This document shows positions 60,344-64,000 of a stretch of DNA of 64,000 nt, in pieces. The notes beneath the pieces were generated by a model, which was not told the DNA's origin, searched no databases, and saw only the letters and a list, made by a program, of their open reading frames with translations. The stretch comes from a virus (lineage: Duplodnaviria > Caudoviricetes). The position numbers were made by a program, and so were the translations under genes. Positions within the stretch are counted from its first letter, which is position 1. Each line of letters begins with the position of its first letter. The DNA lies in IMG/VR virus record IMGVR_UViG_3300001687_000015, positions 3,403 through 67,402 of that record; one strand, given 5' to 3'.

Positions 60344-61162
60344 GTGGATCGAGGGTTCATCTCAGTCTGGAGGTCGATCCTCGACCATCCCCTATGGCGG
60401 CACAAGCCATTTCAACCTGGGCAAGCCTGGGTAGATATGGTGATGAGAGCCGACTACAGGACAGGTGTACTCTGCGAGAGCCACCGGCAACTGGGAGCCA
60501 CCTGGGGTTGGGAAGTGCCAAAAGTGAGGCGCTTCTTGAACCGGCTGCAGAAGGAGTCAATGATCCAGAAGATCTACGGCCCATACTGTCTGATTGACCC
60601 CAAGCCAGAGTGCAACCTCTTTGAGGGCTACCCGACACACAAATCGACACGCAAACCGATACACATATGCATCAGTAATTACTGGCGTTTCCAGCGAAGC
60701 CGACACACGAAACGACACAGTAACCGACACATCCATAATAATAAAGATAACTACCTCTTTCCTAATGAGTATCTCCATCGTAAACAACAAATAACTGTGG
60801 AAGGTTCTCAACCCATCTCTGAGCGGCCCAAAAAACCACCCTATCGCGAAACTCACCCACAAGCACTCCACCTCGCCTCACTCATGATCTCCATGCTCCG
60901 AAATACCGACAACGGTGAGCTACCTCATACCCCTAAAATACCACCAGATCCGGCTAAGGGCCGCACAGGGTGGGCTTCTATCTTTCGATTGATGATAGAA
61001 CGAGATAAATGCGATCCAAATGAGATCAAAGAAACACTCAAATGGCTCTACGGCCAAAACCTTCGCAATGAAGTCTCGTTCTGCGTCATGGCACCCAAAT
61101 CCCTGAGAGCTAAATGGGATAACATCCAATTCCAGCGGCGCAAGCAAAGGAGATACCTATGA
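60344..61162 (+). CDS. phage replication initiator (replisome organiser type)
   Basis: GFISVWRSILDHPLW...QAWVDMVMRA...QLGATWGW...VRRFLNRLQKESMI winged-helix N-terminus; internal iterons. Confidence 0.78.
   Translation: MDRGFISVWRSILDHPLWRHKPFQPGQAWVDMVMRADYRTGVLCESHRQLGATWGWEVPKVRRFLNRLQKESMIQKIYGPYCLIDPKPECNLFEGYPTHKSTRKPIHICISNYWRFQRSRHTKRHSNRHIHNNKDNYLFPNEYLHRKQQITVEGSQPISERPKKPPYRETHPQALHLASLMISMLRNTDNGELPHTPKIPPDPAKGRTGWASIFRLMIERDKCDPNEIKETLKWLYGQNLRNEVSFCVMAPKSLRAKWDNIQFQRRKQRRYL
60632..60770. repeat. probable replication origin: six 12-bp iterons plus AT-rich tract
   Basis: CGACAC-core units at 60632, 60644, 60656, 60700, 60712, 60724, followed by taataataaagataactacctctttcctaat. 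Confidence 0.7.
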
Positions 61163-61599
61163 CCTATGAATCATTCCAAAAAGGACTCAAAATGATTGCT
61201 GTCGCCTGTAATAAACGCCTCGATATGGATGATGTCGAAATCCTGTGGGATCTCGTGTCCTTCATACCCGAAAGCGCCTGGATGCAAGTCGCTCAACTGT
61301 GCGTTGATAGATGGGATAAATGGCCACGCAACATCTCCATGGCACTCAAAGAACAATGGTACTCATTCCAATCCACTCACGCCACCAAAGAAGAAGAAAA
61401 CCGCACTGAATGCCAATTCTGCCATGACTCCACAGGCACCATATTCATCGAATCCCTGGAACCACTACAAGACCTGGGTTACCACCACAAAGCTACAGTG
61501 CGCTGCGGCCATTGCCAAAACTGGAAGGGAAAAATATCAGAGAAAACCAAAAGACTCACCGTCCAAGAGATCAGGCAAAAAGGATACAGAATCTACTGA
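61159..61599 (+). CDS. possible helicase loader/inhibitor-type protein with C-terminal Zn finger
   Basis: ATGA overlap with the initiator; CQFC...CGHC. Confidence 0.45.
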   Translation: MTYESFQKGLKMIAVACNKRLDMDDVEILWDLVSFIPESAWMQVAQLCVDRWDKWPRNISMALKEQWYSFQSTHATKEEENRTECQFCHDSTGTIFIESLEPLQDLGYHHKATVRCGHCQNWKGKISEKTKRLTVQEIRQKGYRIY

Positions 61600-61629
61600 A
61601 AAACCACTAACTTTCAAGGGAAAACCGGA

Positions 61630-62001
61630 ATGAATGAACCAGAAGACAAGACCAAGCAAGAGGATACCGATATTGAGAGAGATATTCCGCTAACCCAGCG
61701 CCCATGCGGGTTGGCAGACGCTGAGATGGCCAAGTGGCCGCTAGAGATCAAGAGGAAGGCATTGCCTCCTGCCGGTGCAATTCTCACCGCGGGGCCGATC
61801 CAGACCAAGGAGGGATGGCGCATGGTTCCGTTTAAGGTGACGTACTCTAATGCCTCTAAGCTACGGATATCATGCGAGTTAATCAACTACCTGATACCAG
61901 TGCCTGATCCTCCAGGGCGGGGGCCACTGCCGGAGAGTGAGGATGGCCGCACTACGCTAGACGTACATCATGGTGAATTGGGGGGAACATCATCACTATG
62001 A
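61630..62001 (+). CDS. hypothetical protein
   Basis: 123-aa ORF continuing the operon. Confidence 0.5.
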   Translation: MNEPEDKTKQEDTDIERDIPLTQRPCGLADAEMAKWPLEIKRKALPPAGAILTAGPIQTKEGWRMVPFKVTYSNASKLRISCELINYLIPVPDPPGRGPLPESEDGRTTLDVHHGELGGTSSL

Positions 62002-62370
62002 TACATCATGTATTAGTTTACATAATATACATTATCAGACAAACATTTCTAAGTGTGCGTACTCACTGCCTATCTCTCGCCTCGCTCCAGGGCTGCGCCG
62101 CCACCCTCGCTACATGTGGTACTACATCTAGGGGCAGGAGCCGTGGATCTGCCGCGCCCAGGAGTGCAGCCCCTGGCCCCAGGCGTGGCGCATGTGTAGG
62201 CGCGTTTGTCGGTGCGCCCATGCGTGAGAGAAATAGAGGTACAAAAAACGGATATATCATATCATATGTATACATATCCGCTTCCACAACTTTGCGGAAA
62301 ATTTAGGAATCCAGGGGTATTCCTACTACTGGGGTAGGGATTCGGAAGTTTATGATTGGGGAGTTGGGTG
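62002..62370. other. non-coding palindrome-rich region at a strand-composition switch (candidate pac/terminus/cis site)
   Basis: atatgtatacatat palindrome 62264-62277, several short hairpins, flip from A/C-rich to G/T-rich + strand. Confidence 0.45.
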
Positions 62371-63081
62371 ATGGATTTAGAGGAGATAGCGCGGGGAGTT
62401 GATGAGCGTCAGAGTTTAGCGGATTTCATACGCCGGTTGGAGTTGGGTTGGTATTGGGAGGATCGTGTTGCGAAGATGTTGAAGGGTGAGGGTTTTTCTC
62501 CGGTGGTTTATAGTGACAAGCGTCAGTTGCCGACATCGTGGGCGGGGCGTTTACGGTTTGTGTATCCTCCGGACATGGAGATTCCTTGTGTAGGGGGTCG
62601 GTTGATTCGTGTGGAGGTAAAGAGTCAGGGGATCAAGTTTACTGGGGTGCATGATTTTGACAGACCTGACCGTCAGACATCGGGGTATTCTTTGGTGGAG
62701 CGTGTTGGCACATGGAGTCGCAAGCGGATTCAGGGTGTGGGTGATCCTGATGTAGTGGTTTCGGTATCGCGTCAGACGGCGAGGTGTGTGGTGATTCCGA
62801 TTCAGACGAGGCGGTATTGGGAGGAGATGGAGATTTGGCAGAGGCATCGGCCACCGGAGGTTTACTATGTAGTGCCGGTGAAGTATTTGAGGTCGTGGGA
62901 GGCGTTTTTGCGGTGGTTGCGGGGTTTTGGTTCCATGACGCATTCTCCGGTGCATGTTCCTCGTGCGAAGTCTTTATCGGGGCGGGTTTTCTGTGGTGTA
63001 TGCGGCAATGGGTATTTATTTCCTGGGCCACCAGGGCCGTGTCCTTGCGGCAGTTTGGTGTATCGGCAGTATGAGGTGTAG
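62371..63081 (+). CDS. PD-(D/E)XK restriction-endonuclease-like protein with C-terminal Zn ribbon
   Basis: WEDRVAKML, PPDMEI, RVEVKSQ; FCGVC...CPC. Confidence 0.6.
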   Translation: MDLEEIARGVDERQSLADFIRRLELGWYWEDRVAKMLKGEGFSPVVYSDKRQLPTSWAGRLRFVYPPDMEIPCVGGRLIRVEVKSQGIKFTGVHDFDRPDRQTSGYSLVERVGTWSRKRIQGVGDPDVVVSVSRQTARCVVIPIQTRRYWEEMEIWQRHRPPEVYYVVPVKYLRSWEAFLRWLRGFGSMTHSPVHVPRAKSLSGRVFCGVCGNGYLFPGPPGPCPCGSLVYRQYEV

Positions 63082-63261
63082 CGGTGTAGCCAGCCGAGTC
63101 GAGGGTGCCTGGGGGTTTTTGAGCAGCATTTTTTCCTCCTGGTGCAGAGTAGGCGAATCGGCGGTAACTTCTGTGAGGTAGGGTTTTGTTTCCTATGAGG
63201 TTCCCATCGCATACCGGCGGGAGATTGCGCCGTAGGCTGGCTATGGGGGGGGGTGCAGTCC

Positions 63262-63585
63262 ATGAAGATGATGATGATGCGCATGGCGTTGGAATGCTCT
63301 GTTTGTGGTCGGTATTTGGATGCAGACGCTGCGAGTCTAACCCCTGGAGAGTTGAAGGCGTTGCTGGACAAGCCTTGCGATCCGCTGGTCTTTGACAAGG
63401 TATTTGGCACTGAGATAGCGGGTCGGTATCTTTTGTGTCCTCATCCGGATTGTCGGAAGAAGGCGTTCAGTCCTGAGAGTAAGCGTTGGCAGCGGAAGGT
63501 AGACAAATATTTGGCCAAGAGAGCGAAGGAGGAGGGGGGGGGTGATCGATGTGCGGAAAGGTGTGGGGAAGCGGTTTCTCAATGA
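63262..63585 (+). CDS. zinc-finger hypothetical protein
   Basis: CSVC...CPHPDC. Confidence 0.6.
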   Translation: MKMMMMRMALECSVCGRYLDADAASLTPGELKALLDKPCDPLVFDKVFGTEIAGRYLLCPHPDCRKKAFSPESKRWQRKVDKYLAKRAKEEGGGDRCAERCGEAVSQ

Positions 63586-63763
63586 GTATGAGGCCGCGAA
63601 GTACATGGGTTTGTCGGTATCCACTCTAAGAAACTGGCGCTGGAAGGGGAAGGGGCCGGTATACCACAAGCTCAGTAGGTCGATTCGTTATGATCTTGAG
63701 GAGTTGGACATTTGGCTGGAGAGCAAGCGCCAGGAGCCGATGCCGTCATTGGAGAGGAGGTGA
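63542..63763 (+). CDS. excisionase/AlpA-like HTH protein
   Basis: FLNEYEAAKYMGLSVSTLRNWRWKGKGPVYHKLSRSIRYDLEELDIWL. Confidence 0.85.
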   Translation: MIDVRKGVGKRFLNEYEAAKYMGLSVSTLRNWRWKGKGPVYHKLSRSIRYDLEELDIWLESKRQEPMPSLERR

Positions 63764-63765
63764 TT

Positions 63766-64000
63766 ATGGATTTTGAAAAGCTACTTTGGGACGAACCTCC
63801 CCCCGATATGCCGGAGTGGGGGATGCGTTTAATCCAGTTGAATCAAGCGATTATGGAGCGCTACGGCGAGTATCTGGATAGGCAGGTAGCTTTCATGCAG
63901 CAGATGCATGATCGTCTTGAGGAGATGTTTGTGAAAATCGCCAAACACATAGAAACCATGGAGAGCCACCTGGAGGATGTGGACGAGGAGAGGAGGGCTG
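63766..64000 (+). CDS. hypothetical coiled-coil protein, 3'-truncated by window edge
   Basis: AGGAGGTGAT SD then ATG 63766; open to the end. Confidence 0.6.
   Translation, partial: MDFEKLLWDEPPPDMPEWGMRLIQLNQAIMERYGEYLDRQVAFMQQMHDRLEEMFVKIAKHIETMESHLEDVDEERRA

Noticed and set aside
1-64000. Genome-wide stop-codon reassignment, prompted by two in-frame TGAs
   Set aside because: Long genes are intact under the standard code and TGA, TAG and TAA all end genes with overlapping next starts
1-64000. CRISPR array, tRNA or rRNA genes
   Set aside because: No repeat-spacer periodicity; the ggctcgattccc at 14174 resembles a T-loop but is part of a terminator with no cloverleaf

Overview
The whole window reads as a tailed dsDNA phage genome, apparently nearly complete and circularly permuted, since both ends fall inside the same rightward cluster of small ORFs. 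Layout: small rightward ORFs including a VRR-NUC nuclease (1-4400); terminase and a ~750-aa portal (4438-10813); scaffold, major capsid and head-associated genes (14239-17793); adaptor, nozzle, His-repeat fibre and ejection-type proteins ending in a 4248-aa polyvalent protein (17797-48872); lysis cassette (48872-50825); a leftward early operon with Bet-like annealase, RecE-like exonuclease, DUF932 protein and many small Zn-finger ORFs (51011-59616); then a Cro-like HTH, a replication initiator with internal iterons, a non-coding palindromic skew-switch region, a nuclease and an excisionase-like HTH (60063-64000). No tape measure or tail tube/sheath gene is evident, so a short-tailed (podovirus-like) virion is inferred. 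No integrase, CI-like repressor, DNA polymerase, tRNA, CRISPR array or reverse transcriptase was seen. Most unusual signals: (1) four CxxCxxCC (YkgJ/FliB-type) Cys-cluster genes, three of them paralogs inside the virion operon next to a SAM-methyltransferase-like gene and the fibres; (2) a His-centred repeat shared by four separate virion genes; (3) a GHKL ATPase, two HExxH motifs, an ART-like and a Cys-cluster module inside the giant protein; (4) a repeated hairpin-MAQNT-SD leader module; (5) an in-frame UGA in a Zn-ribbon gene followed by a SECIS-like hairpin. All family calls come from motif recognition by eye; no database search was run.
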